Of a DNA stretch of 64,000 nt, positions 29,011 through 38,124 are shown piece by piece. Position numbers and translations under genes: made by a program. The stretch is from a virus. The stretch's first letter is position 1. The number at the start of each line of letters is the position of its first letter. The notes under the pieces are model-generated. The model ran no database searches, was not told the origin of the DNA, and worked only from the letters and a program-made list of their open reading frames with translations. Location: IMG/VR virus record IMGVR_UViG_3300020045_005677, positions 1 through 64,000 of that record. One strand, given 5' to 3'.

Positions 29011-29511
29011 ATGATGGCTGATAACAAATCGTTATTACACAAGATAATAACTACGCCAGTAAAAAGTAAAGACAGTGGAGGAATATTATCTAAGCTATTT
29101 AGAAAGATAATGACTGAAACAGGTCTCGTGAATGCAGTTGATTCTCTAGTAGAATTATACCTAAAAGATAGTGAAGCCCAATCTAAAAGAAGTGGACTGA
29201 CTCCCAAAAAAAGAAGTCAGATACAAACTGCCATTAAAGAAGAGGATATGACTTGGAAGTCCTTTATAGATTTAGTAATAAATCTAGTAAGGGTAAAGAA
29301 AATAGTGATTACTATAGATTTGTACCATACTGAAACAAGAGTGACGACTCATAAAGTAGAAGCAGGTCCAAATGCTAGTCTAGATGCTACAGCTAGCTTT
29401 ACTAAGATATTAGAAGAAGTAACTAAAGCAGAAGAAGAGAATACAGCAAAACCTGTATTAAAACATATAGATGAATCAAAAATAAAAAGGAGACCTGCAA
29501 GTGGTAAATAA
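29011..29511 (+). CDS. conserved phiKZ-like hypothetical protein
   Basis: GGILSKLFRKI and MTWKSF motifs recur in phiKZ-like phages; GAGG RBS. Confidence 0.6.
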   Translation: MMADNKSLLHKIITTPVKSKDSGGILSKLFRKIMTETGLVNAVDSLVELYLKDSEAQSKRSGLTPKKRSQIQTAIKEEDMTWKSFIDLVINLVRVKKIVITIDLYHTETRVTTHKVEAGPNASLDATASFTKILEEVTKAEEENTAKPVLKHIDESKIKRRPASGK

Positions 29512-30022
29512 TATAAAAAATATTATTAGAGGTGTAGTAGTTGAATGGACTGAAGACCATTATAGGGCTAGAGCACAAATAAAAGAAGAAGAGATAATCG
29601 CAACAATAAATAACAAAAGAATGAACCCACTTGTTAAAATTGGAAACATTGGAGCAATATTATTAAATTCTTCTATATTGGTAAAAGTCTTGCAGTATAA
29701 TTCTAGCGCATTCTTTTCTTCTGTTGTACAAAATGATATTACAAATGATAAGATATTAGAAAATAATGATTTGTTGGATATGCTAACAGTATTAGAGTCT
29801 AGAATATTTTCATCTATAGATAATGATAATAGTAGTTATATCAACAAGATAAATAAACTACTATTAAGTATCCATCCATCATATCTAGAAAAAAGCAAAG
29901 CTAATGGTAGTATGGCTATGTTATATATTATATCTATACATAAAGATTTAATATTTAATACTCTTCAGGATATAGCTAAAAATGTATATATAGATATAGA
30001 AAAATTAACAAGAAAGGTTTAA
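29501..30022 (+). CDS. hypothetical protein (173 aa)
   Basis: Overlapping ORF within the operon. Confidence 0.65.
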   Translation: MVNNIKNIIRGVVVEWTEDHYRARAQIKEEEIIATINNKRMNPLVKIGNIGAILLNSSILVKVLQYNSSAFFSSVVQNDITNDKILENNDLLDMLTVLESRIFSSIDNDNSSYINKINKLLLSIHPSYLEKSKANGSMAMLYIISIHKDLIFNTLQDIAKNVYIDIEKLTRKV

Positions 30023-30026
30023 TAGA

Positions 30027-30557
30027 ATGTTAGAATGTAAAACTATTACAGTTGATAAAAAGAGTGATTATTTAATTGGTAAAATGTTAACTAGAGGATA
30101 CAACGAATCTGGTAAACCTTTCTTTACTAATGCATTAGGAAACATAGGTAATATTAGAAATGCTATGTCTTTTTTAACTAGAGAAGGAATGAGCTTATCA
30201 TTACTATCTGCTACTAGATTAAACAAAAGACAAATTAGTACAATTCTAGGATTACCAAAAAGAAAAGCTAATAACTACGATGAAGTATTATTATCTGTAA
30301 TCAATGACAGAATAGTGCTAGACAAGAGTTTAGTAAAAGAGTTATTAAAGTTTGAAAGAGATGGTGTTATTGCTGTAATCTTTGCTGCTCCTAGCGATGG
30401 AGATGGTGAAACCTTAAAGTATATGGATAAGTATTGCAAGATGCTAAATACTATAGTTAGCTATAATAAAGAGTTTGTTTCTTTAATTAAAACCCAGCAC
30501 AACATTAAAGAAAAAAGAGGTAGTCTTAAAATAGTTAAAAAGAAAAATCAATCATGA
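30027..30557 (+). CDS. hypothetical protein, possibly a degenerate NADAR-like phiKZ family member
   Basis: I.V..KS...IGKML.....F.....G.. pattern only weakly recalls that family. Confidence 0.5.
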   Translation: MLECKTITVDKKSDYLIGKMLTRGYNESGKPFFTNALGNIGNIRNAMSFLTREGMSLSLLSATRLNKRQISTILGLPKRKANNYDEVLLSVINDRIVLDKSLVKELLKFERDGVIAVIFAAPSDGDGETLKYMDKYCKMLNTIVSYNKEFVSLIKTQHNIKEKRGSLKIVKKKNQS

Positions 30558-30703
30558 TTAGAAAAAACATTAAGCTAAACAAAAAGAAAGATAAGTCTAA
30601 CAATAAAAAAACTATCTTTAGAAGTATTATAGAAGTAACTATATTCTTTTTAATACTAATGCTATTAAGCTCTGCTTGGATTTCAATTACTTATGTATAT
30701 TAA
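30554..30703 (+). CDS. 49-aa membrane peptide (not in the ORF track)
   Basis: MIRKNIKLNKKKDKSNNKKTIFRSIIEVTIFFLILMLLSSAWISITYVY*; ATGA overlap with the previous gene; followed by a hairpin at 30707-30731. Confidence 0.6.
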   Translation: MIRKNIKLNKKKDKSNNKKTIFRSIIEVTIFFLILMLLSSAWISITYVY

Positions 30704-30761
30704 ACACTAGATAGATTCTTTATCTATCTAGATGTATATTTTCACCTCGTTATATTAAAAG

Positions 30762-30792
30762 TTTGTTTAGATTTTATTTTAAACACATATCA
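30762..30792 (+). promoter_or_regulatory. putative early promoter, copy 4
   Basis: TTTGTTTA-N14-CACATATCA. Confidence 0.7.
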
Positions 30793-30829
30793 CTAGGGTA
30801 GTATAATAAAATAACAAAAGGATTGAAAA

Positions 30830-31069
30830 ATGAAAAAGTTAGTTATGTTAATTGGTGTTGCAGTAATGTTAATTGGTAGTGAAGATTTATTACCATTAAA
30901 GGTAGATACATATCATGGAGATATTGTACATTACTATTGTAATCAAGATACTAATATTGTAAAAGCTGTAATAAACGAATCAGTATTTAAAGTATTATGG
31001 GATAGAGATATAAAAGGCAATCAACTAGAAGAGTTGAAATGTAAAGACTTTAATCAATGGTCTAAATAA
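30830..31069 (+). CDS. small exported protein (79 aa) with a Cys pair
   Basis: Signal peptide MKKLVMLIGVAVMLIG; AAGGA RBS. Confidence 0.7.
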   Translation: MKKLVMLIGVAVMLIGSEDLLPLKVDTYHGDIVHYYCNQDTNIVKAVINESVFKVLWDRDIKGNQLEELKCKDFNQWSK

Positions 31070-31085
31070 AAAAAAGGGAAAGAAG

Positions 31086-32198
31086 ATGAATAGAGCAGAA
31101 TTAGCAAAGCTATTATTAGTTGGTGGACACAAAAGCATAAGTAGTAATCTTTATAAACAAGATAATATTGATATTAAATTAAAAAATAGAGCTAGTATAG
31201 AAGAAGAGATGAATTCTCTTTTAAATTTATTAGAAAATAGATTTATTCCAGAGTGGCTACCAATGCAAGCTGAATTAGATTTAACTATGGCTGGTGCTAA
31301 TGCATACAAGACTTTAGTTAGTGATAGTGGTAAAAAGATTAACTATGGTTATTGCTTAGCTTCAGAAAGAAATGAACTACAAGATTGCATGCCATGGAAA
31401 CATTGGAAAAATATAGATGAAGTTATTGATATGGAAAATATTAAAACAGAACTTATTGACAAACTACATTTTTTACCAGCTATTGTAAATGTACTTATAG
31501 AAGCATTAGCTGAGCAAGATGATAACAAAAATGATTTAATAAAAGTAATGGTAGAACAAATTGAAAAAAATCAATTTAGGGATAGAAATGAAACTAGATT
31601 TCTAACATTCATAATTGGAGCTAGAAGTTTAATTGCTCACCAAGAATCGTTTGGTATAGATAAAGAAGCAGAAGATATTATTGTAAATTATATGTTAACT
31701 GTATCTGAATTAGATTTAGAGTTTATTGGATTCTTTCATGCTGCACATTCTTTAAAGAAATTTGATAGTAAAAACTTTATTACACTTAGAGATGTTATAT
31801 CTGTAATTGAAGAACAAGGTGGATTGAGACAACTTAAGGTAAAAGCTACATTCTTTGCTCAACTAGAACATTATATATCTACGGTAATATATACATATGC
31901 TATTATTTTCGATATGTCTATCGAAGAAGCCTATGAAGATATGTGGGAGAGATATTTAATTAAAAATGTATTGAACTTATACAGAATTAACAATGGGTAT
32001 AAAGAAGGTACTTATATTAAGATGTTTGATGGAGTAGAAGATAACGCAATCATTAATGAAATTGCTTCCATCTTAGAATTAGAAGATAGACCATTGATTA
32101 AAGATGAATTGTATTCTGCATATGATGCAAGATATAAAGAACTCTATAAAATTGAAAAAGATAGAATAAGCAAAGTGGTAAACCAAAACCAAAATTAA
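31086..32198 (+). CDS. dut: dimeric all-alpha dUTPase (dUTPase_2 family)
   Basis: GKKINY..C...E..EL.D..PWKHWKN......EN...E..D..HF and Y..KNVLN..R.NNGYK.G.Y.K...G.EDN match the Campylobacter-type dimeric dUTPase motifs. Confidence 0.85.
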   Translation: MNRAELAKLLLVGGHKSISSNLYKQDNIDIKLKNRASIEEEMNSLLNLLENRFIPEWLPMQAELDLTMAGANAYKTLVSDSGKKINYGYCLASERNELQDCMPWKHWKNIDEVIDMENIKTELIDKLHFLPAIVNVLIEALAEQDDNKNDLIKVMVEQIEKNQFRDRNETRFLTFIIGARSLIAHQESFGIDKEAEDIIVNYMLTVSELDLEFIGFFHAAHSLKKFDSKNFITLRDVISVIEEQGGLRQLKVKATFFAQLEHYISTVIYTYAIIFDMSIEEAYEDMWERYLIKNVLNLYRINNGYKEGTYIKMFDGVEDNAIINEIASILELEDRPLIKDELYSAYDARYKELYKIEKDRISKVVNQNQN

Positions 32199-32209
32199 AA
32201 AGGTAAAGA

Positions 32210-32476
32210 ATGATTAAAGCAATATTAACAACAATATTTGTATGTATGGCAATAAGTGGATGCGGGGAAAATGAGCCAAATGAACAAATGCTAAATAAAG
32301 CAAGAGCTAATACAGCATGCAAAGATAAAGGTGGAGTGGCAAGTTACATTGCTCCTCCTAGTATGTTTGTATTAAAAGCTTCTTGTAAAAATGGTGAAGT
32401 AGTAGACTATGCTAATATAACAGGTCCTGATGTAGTTGAAATATATAATAAATTAGAAAGTGAGAAATCAAGATGA
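32210..32476 (+). CDS. small lipoprotein (88 aa)
   Basis: Lipobox AISG|C; C-x19-C pair. Confidence 0.7.
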   Translation: MIKAILTTIFVCMAISGCGENEPNEQMLNKARANTACKDKGGVASYIAPPSMFVLKASCKNGEVVDYANITGPDVVEIYNKLESEKSR

Positions 32477-32811
32477 TAAAAGAAAAAGATTCTATAGCTA
32501 CTAGAGGTATAATACCTCTGATTATCTTTGCATTAACTGGAGCAATTCTATATCTATTCTTAATTCTTGATATTATGGAAAAAGAAAAGAAAGAAGAAAT
32601 ACATTCTATTGGAACTGCTACCAAAGAGACACCAGCTGCTGACTTAACAGTTAAACTTAATATAGATAATATAGATATTGAATGTAAAGACTTAGATAGT
32701 AAATTAAGTAAGATATCTATAGATGAGACATCTATTATAGCTCACTGCTTAAATGGTAAAGAGATTGTCTATAGAGTAGAATATTTAGGTATCAATAAGG
32801 ATACTAAATGA
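32473..32811 (+). CDS. membrane-anchored protein related to the preceding lipoprotein
   Basis: N-terminal TM; CKD...A.C.NG..+.Y motif shared with 32210-32476. Confidence 0.65.
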   Translation: MIKEKDSIATRGIIPLIIFALTGAILYLFLILDIMEKEKKEEIHSIGTATKETPAADLTVKLNIDNIDIECKDLDSKLSKISIDETSIIAHCLNGKEIVYRVEYLGINKDTK

Positions 32812-33083
32812 AAATACTTAGTAGTAATAAAGTAAGAGCTTTTCCTTTACATAAGATTCCTAAGCAGTGGTCAGGAAAAAGATTACCTCAGCATGGAGAC
32901 TTTCTCTATATAGGTCATACTCTCAGTTCAGAAATGATTAACTTTACTATTGATGAAATAATCAAACATTGTGAAGATAATAACTTAGATATGCTATATT
33001 CTAAAGGATTCTTAGAATTTGAAACAGACATGACTAAGATATCTAAATTAGATAGAACATCTGCTCTCAAGAAGCAAGAATAA
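32808..33083 (+). CDS. hypothetical protein (91 aa)
   Basis: ATGA-coupled ORF. Confidence 0.65.
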   Translation: MKILSSNKVRAFPLHKIPKQWSGKRLPQHGDFLYIGHTLSSEMINFTIDEIIKHCEDNNLDMLYSKGFLEFETDMTKISKLDRTSALKKQE

Positions 33084-33084
33084 A

Positions 33085-33121
33085 ATATATACTACATAGA
33101 ATTACTCTATGTAGTATATAT
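33085..33121. terminator. bidirectional terminator-like palindrome (TATACTACATA family)
   Basis: ATATATACTACATAGA-ATTAC-TCTATGTAGTATATAT. Confidence 0.7.
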
Positions 33122-33135
33122 AATGTTTTTTATTT

Positions 33136-33525
33136 TTATATTATTCCATTTACACTAAATATTAAACTGGCCATAATTATAGCATAACTTAATATTCTAA
33201 TAGACTTAGCTATTAATACATAACCAGCACCTTCACTAGTCTCTCTAGCTTTGCTAGCTATTACATTCTCATCTTTAGCTATAGCATCAGTATAGATATC
33301 AGTAAAGGTCTCTATAAAAGATATAGCTAAAGCAGCTATAACAAAGATACTAATAATCAATACAGTCTGTACTCCAAATGGTAACTCTTCCATTACTTTA
33401 GTATCAGGGTCAGTTATTAAAAAATAACCAACAAACATTACTAGTGCTAATAAACCTACTAATACTTTTTTACTAAAGATAACTTTAATCATTTTAGTTA
33501 AAAATGATATTCCTTGTTTAAACAT
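33136..33525 (-). CDS. three-TM membrane protein, holin-like
   Basis: Three hydrophobic helices; DPD......LPFG...A..T.EGAG pattern; likely start ATG 33525 with AAGGA RBS. Confidence 0.5.
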   Translation of the reverse strand: MFKQGISFLTKMIKVIFSKKVLVGLLALVMFVGYFLITDPDTKVMEELPFGVQTVLIISIFVIAALAISFIETFTDIYTDAIAKDENVIASKARETSEGAGYVLIAKSIRILSYAIIMASLIFSVNGII

Positions 33526-33555
33526 ATACAATCCTTTAAGATAAAATAAAATCAA

Positions 33556-35395
33556 TATATTTTTAGATTTTTATTTACTAACAAAATATCTTAAATTATT
33601 TTTCTTTTTCATAACGCAGAGCTATAATAGAAAAGAAAAACATTTTAAGATATAATACAATCTCTATTAATTTCTTTTTTTCTTTTAAATCTAAATTAAT
33701 TTTATTATTTAGTAATCTAATATTGTATTTGATAGAGGTTGTTGATTGTATTAATATTTTAATTAGTATTGGTATATAAATGTCCTACTAGCGATTCTTA
33801 TACTGCCTAAGACTAATAATAAAAAATTAGCTAACCAGAATAGCTGAAGGTAAATCAGAAATGATTTAGTGGACATGGTCTGGTGGGGATGGAAGAGAAG
33901 AGGCAGGTTAGCTTGAGCTGAGATTAAAACATTAAGAGGTTCTTAATGTGTGGGGCGTCAGCCCCACACTATTAATATATAAAAAAACTCATTCATTATA
34001 TAGTGTCAGATTTTTATTTTATTCTATTTTAACTAAATTTAATTAACTTTTAAATTTAAAATATTTCTTACTTCTTCTACCTCTTAAACTTTAAAACAAA
34101 TTCTTAACTCCTAAAACAAAAACAAATCTTTTTATTATTCTTAAAACTTAATTACTCTTACAAATCCTAACTTACAAAAATACTTAAAACTATAAACATA
34201 TTTTCTAATCTTAAAAAAATAATTAAATTTAAAACTCCTCTAGAATTAATTCCTAAAACATAAATATCATTTTCTAATTTACTAAACCTATAGACAAGAC
34301 TTATAAAATTCAGATTGACAAACTTAGTAAAAGATATATTTTAATTTAAAGCCTCTACAAGACAAAATTATAGTAGACCCTATAAATCTATATGTTTTTA
34401 AATAGATTAGCTCTTGTGGAGCAAATATGATAGCTCTATTCACGTTTTTAATTGTATATAAACTATCAATATTCAATAAGCGGTCGGCGCCGCTCTCTCT
34501 ACCTCTTCTTTTTGTAATTGCTCTTCGAGGATAGGTTAATCCCTTCGGGGATGAAAAATCTTTTCTTTTTTTAAATCTTCTATCCCAAAAATTTAAGAGA
34601 TTTTTTAATCTTAAAAATTAACTGTAAATTCTAAAAAGTGTTTTCTTTTCTACTTTAGCGATAGCGTTGTGAAAAAGAAAATATTTTTTAGAATCCCTAT
34701 TTATAGGGATAGTTATAAAAAAATTAAAAATTTTTTCTAATATAACTTATTTTAGATTTTTATTTAAAAAATTTATATTAAAATTTTTATAAATTTATAC
34801 TATTTTTCTTAAGATTTTCTATTAAAATCTAGTTAAAATCTAGTTTAATTTAAAAATCTAAAAAAGATTTTTTAAATTCTTTTTTTGTAGAATATACTAT
34901 ATACCTACGTAGTAGGTATATAGTATATTCTATTTTTTTTATATAATAGTATTAAATATATTTATATATTTAATACATCCAATTAACCAAATCTAAGAAT
35001 ATTAATATATTATAATAATAATATATATTTATATATATTATATCCTATAGTACACCACAGGACTAACTCTAGTTTTTTAAAGAATTATTTAAATCTCTGA
35101 ACTGAACTTGGAATACTGAATTTAGAATTTGGATTTAGCATCTAGTAAAATATTTTAAAACCAACTTAGCTAACTGGAATTTAATTTCTAGTTTTTAAAC
35201 TCTAAAATTTAGTTTTATTAATCCCAGAACTATTTCCTTTCTAAAACTAATAATTACCAACCATATGTTCTATAATTAATTTTAAGCTATCTAGAAGCAA
35301 AGATAATTGATTACTAGTATCTTTTATTTAAAATATCAACTTCATTCGTTCTAGGTACTTTAAAATTAATTTAAAAGCATATCAACTTTTAAAGA
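33556..35395. other. large non-coding region (origin / packaging / structured RNA candidate)
   Basis: No ORF of 60 aa or more; G-rich structured block 33780-33970; G-free tract 34010-34242; many palindromes 34479-35041. Confidence 0.6.
34888..34932. repeat. perfect 21-bp inverted repeat
   Basis: TAGAATATACTATATACCTAC-GTA-GTAGGTATATAGTATATTCTA. Confidence 0.9.
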
Positions 35396-35426
35396 TTTGT
35401 TTCAAAACCACTACAAACACATATTA
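35396..35426 (+). promoter_or_regulatory. putative early promoter, copy 5
   Basis: TTTGTTTC-N14-CACATATTA. Confidence 0.75.
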
Positions 35427-35469
35427 TAAAAGTAGAGGCTTTGGCCTAATTTAACAACAGGAATTAAAG

Positions 35470-36288
35470 ATGAGTACAGCAGTAGCAATGTCGTCAGAAG
35501 CGGCTAATAGTGGGCATGCAGTAGAGGTTAATAGAAATAGTTTAATCCAAGATTTTATTGGATTTACTTCAGTTATTAAAGACAAGAGTAGAATGGTTAA
35601 ATTAGTATTAATTACTTACTTTTTAAAGTGTTATTTCTTTTATAATAGTAACATATTTATTCCAAAAATAAGTATGAAAGATAGTCATAATGTTAAAAGA
35701 AAAAAGAACATTATCTTAACTCTTTTAAAAGAATTTACAAAGAGAAATAGAGATATTGTAGTAAGTGAATATTTAGAAAATAAGACTGTATTAAAAGCAG
35801 TAGATTCTAATCTTAGAGGACTAATAGATAATAGAAATATTATTAAAGATTTAATAGATATGGAATTAAGTTTTACAGATGGAATATTGATATCTAGTAA
35901 TAGTAAAATTCATATAGCTGTATCAGCTGATAGTACAGCTAGATTTATAGTAAAAGATAAGTATGGTATTTCTGATATATTTATTAGAGATTTTGAGATG
36001 GTAGACATAGCTTATAGAGGATTAAAGACTGAAGAGTTTGTAGTGCCTGCTGAGCTAAGAGGAGTGTCTTATCCTAATAAAGAAAATAATAGATTTAAAA
36101 TTTCTTACACATTAGGAATGGCAACACATACTGTAGATAAAAATGTAAATGTAAATGATGTATTATTATATAGATTTTATACACTAGCTAAAGAGATTAC
36201 TAAATATTGTAGTAGTAATACATCTGAAGCTTTTGATTGGGAATCTTTAATGCAGAGAGCAAGCAATAACATTATTGTAGTTAAATAG
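35470..36288 (+). CDS. hypothetical early protein (272 aa)
   Basis: CAGGA RBS after the promoter motif. Confidence 0.75.
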   Translation: MSTAVAMSSEAANSGHAVEVNRNSLIQDFIGFTSVIKDKSRMVKLVLITYFLKCYFFYNSNIFIPKISMKDSHNVKRKKNIILTLLKEFTKRNRDIVVSEYLENKTVLKAVDSNLRGLIDNRNIIKDLIDMELSFTDGILISSNSKIHIAVSADSTARFIVKDKYGISDIFIRDFEMVDIAYRGLKTEEFVVPAELRGVSYPNKENNRFKISYTLGMATHTVDKNVNVNDVLLYRFYTLAKEITKYCSSNTSEAFDWESLMQRASNNIIVVK

Positions 36289-36293
36289 AGAAT

Positions 36294-37028
36294 ATGATGC
36301 TTAAGAAAATAATCAAATATCTATTTTCATATTGGAAAGAAAAAGAAAAGACAATCTATCTAAAAACAAAAAAACAAGTAGATATAGAAACTTCCATATC
36401 TATAGAAGATTGTAGAGTATATGCAGATGGAAAATTAAAAGAAGAGTTACTTAGGTTATGTCCTCTATTAAGAATCAATAATGATATGGTTGATATGCTT
36501 TCTAAAATAGGAACATTATGTAAAAATTATGATGATGACGATTTTGATTCTTATACACGTCAAATCTCTTTCTCTGTAGAGAAAGTAGATTTGCTACTAG
36601 ATAGAGCAATTATTTTAATATTATTAAATAGTAAAGGTGTAGTGCATTTTATTAAAATAGATACAGAAGAAAAATACTTAACAATATCTGGTATTTATAT
36701 TCTTGGTAAATGTAAAATATTAGATTTAAATAATGTATTAAAAGATGAAAATCCATCTAGTGTAGCATCTATTAAAAATCATAGATATCTTAAAGTGGAA
36801 AGCAGACCTATTGCATTTACTGTTACTACTAGAAATATAGAAAAAAACAATATATACCAGAAGAAAATATGGGATAGCTACTTAACTGCTGATTATGAAA
36901 TATCAACAGAGTTTACCACAATTAGTATAGTTAATAATAAGCTAGTAATTATAGATTACAGAAAACAATTCGAGAATGCTTCTAAACCATTAACTGGTGA
37001 TAGAACCTTTGATTGCTATTTAAAATAA
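36294..37028 (+). CDS. hypothetical protein, paralog of the next gene
   Basis: Shares II.I...S..G.V.FI.I......I..I..LGK..I...NN+ with 37013-37693. Confidence 0.75.
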   Translation: MMLKKIIKYLFSYWKEKEKTIYLKTKKQVDIETSISIEDCRVYADGKLKEELLRLCPLLRINNDMVDMLSKIGTLCKNYDDDDFDSYTRQISFSVEKVDLLLDRAIILILLNSKGVVHFIKIDTEEKYLTISGIYILGKCKILDLNNVLKDENPSSVASIKNHRYLKVESRPIAFTVTTRNIEKNNIYQKKIWDSYLTADYEISTEFTTISIVNNKLVIIDYRKQFENASKPLTGDRTFDCYLK

Positions 37029-37693
37029 AAAACAAGGGAGTAAGAATTATGAGTTGGATTAAAGAGTTATTGGCCTATTTGGTTGCATTGTTTAGTATTG
37101 GTTTCTTTGGAAAAAAGATTAATGAAGATGAGCTATTTGTAATAGATGGCAAAACAGAAGGTGTAGACCATGATTTGGGATATCTGCTACAAGTAATGTC
37201 TGGTTTTAAAGGAATACAAGCTAATAGAAAAATATTAGAAGCTTTAATAAAGATTGATGGTGTTGCTGACGATAAAGAAAATTATAATCTAATAATAAAT
37301 CGTATTTTCATTGGTAATATAATATTTATAACGTTTATATCTCCAAGTGGATTTGTATATTTTATTAGAATATTAAATAGTGACATAGCAACTAGTTCTG
37401 GATATGAAATTACAGATGTGTTATGCTTAGGTAAATCTAGAATTTACAATACTAACAATATTGAAGGTATATATACTAGAAATATGGCAAGAATTGTAAA
37501 AGAAGAAGATATTACTAACGAAAACTTTCAGATGGTAGTAAATGTACAAGAAAATACATTTGTATTGTCTATATCTAACATTAAGCAATTTGCTAAATAT
37601 AGACAAAGAAACACTGACCATTTTACAATTGGATTTGGTAAAGGTGATTTAGTATTTTTAGATAAAAAATCTAATACTAAAAAATTAAAATAA
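37013..37693 (+). CDS. hypothetical protein, paralog of the previous gene
   Basis: See previous; true start may be the internal ATG after the GGGAG RBS. Confidence 0.75.
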   Translation: MLFKIKNKGVRIMSWIKELLAYLVALFSIGFFGKKINEDELFVIDGKTEGVDHDLGYLLQVMSGFKGIQANRKILEALIKIDGVADDKENYNLIINRIFIGNIIFITFISPSGFVYFIRILNSDIATSSGYEITDVLCLGKSRIYNTNNIEGIYTRNMARIVKEEDITNENFQMVVNVQENTFVLSISNIKQFAKYRQRNTDHFTIGFGKGDLVFLDKKSNTKKLK

Positions 37694-37785
37694 AATTAAG
37701 TATTAATTAGGAGAGTAATCTCCTAGTCAGTAATGTTTGGCTATAAATAAAATTTAAAAATTAAACAAAAGAGAGAAATAGTAAA

Positions 37786-38115
37786 ATGAATATTTTAATA
37801 GAAGTAAATAAAGTTATTCCAAAAAGATTTGTGTATGAAGCTCCAAATACAACATCAGCTTTAGAATATAATAAAAAGATAAGTATAGACTTAGTATTGT
37901 ACAACATATTGTCAGCTTTAAAAGTGGATACTGATAATCCAGATAGAGCTGAATCTAGTCTTAAGTTAGATTATAAAAGATTTTCTAGTTTGCTACCTGC
38001 GCTAAATGGACATTTAAAAGAGTTAAAAATTGCTATTACTACTAGCTCTGTAGTATCTGATGATGCTATGGCTTATGAAGATGCAATGATTCCTTTTGTT
38101 TTAGTTAAGTTGTAA
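37786..38115 (+). CDS. hypothetical protein (109 aa)
   Basis: ORF within the operon. Confidence 0.65.
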   Translation: MNILIEVNKVIPKRFVYEAPNTTSALEYNKKISIDLVLYNILSALKVDTDNPDRAESSLKLDYKRFSSLLPALNGHLKELKIAITTSSVVSDDAMAYEDAMIPFVLVKL

Positions 38116-38124
38116 GGAATATAA

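Noticed and set aside
33844-33880. Hammerhead or c-di-GMP-I riboswitch resemblance (CTGAAGG, GAAA-capped stem, GGAC)
   Set aside because: Core consensus is incomplete: no CUGANGA..GAAA junction, and the GEMM bulge pattern is absent.
33875-33916. Trp-rich mini-ORF MVWWGWKRRGRLA resembling an attenuator leader or cationic peptide
   Set aside because: Weak RBS, no downstream Trp-related gene, and TGG codons are expected by chance in this G-rich block; not supportable without ribosome profiling.
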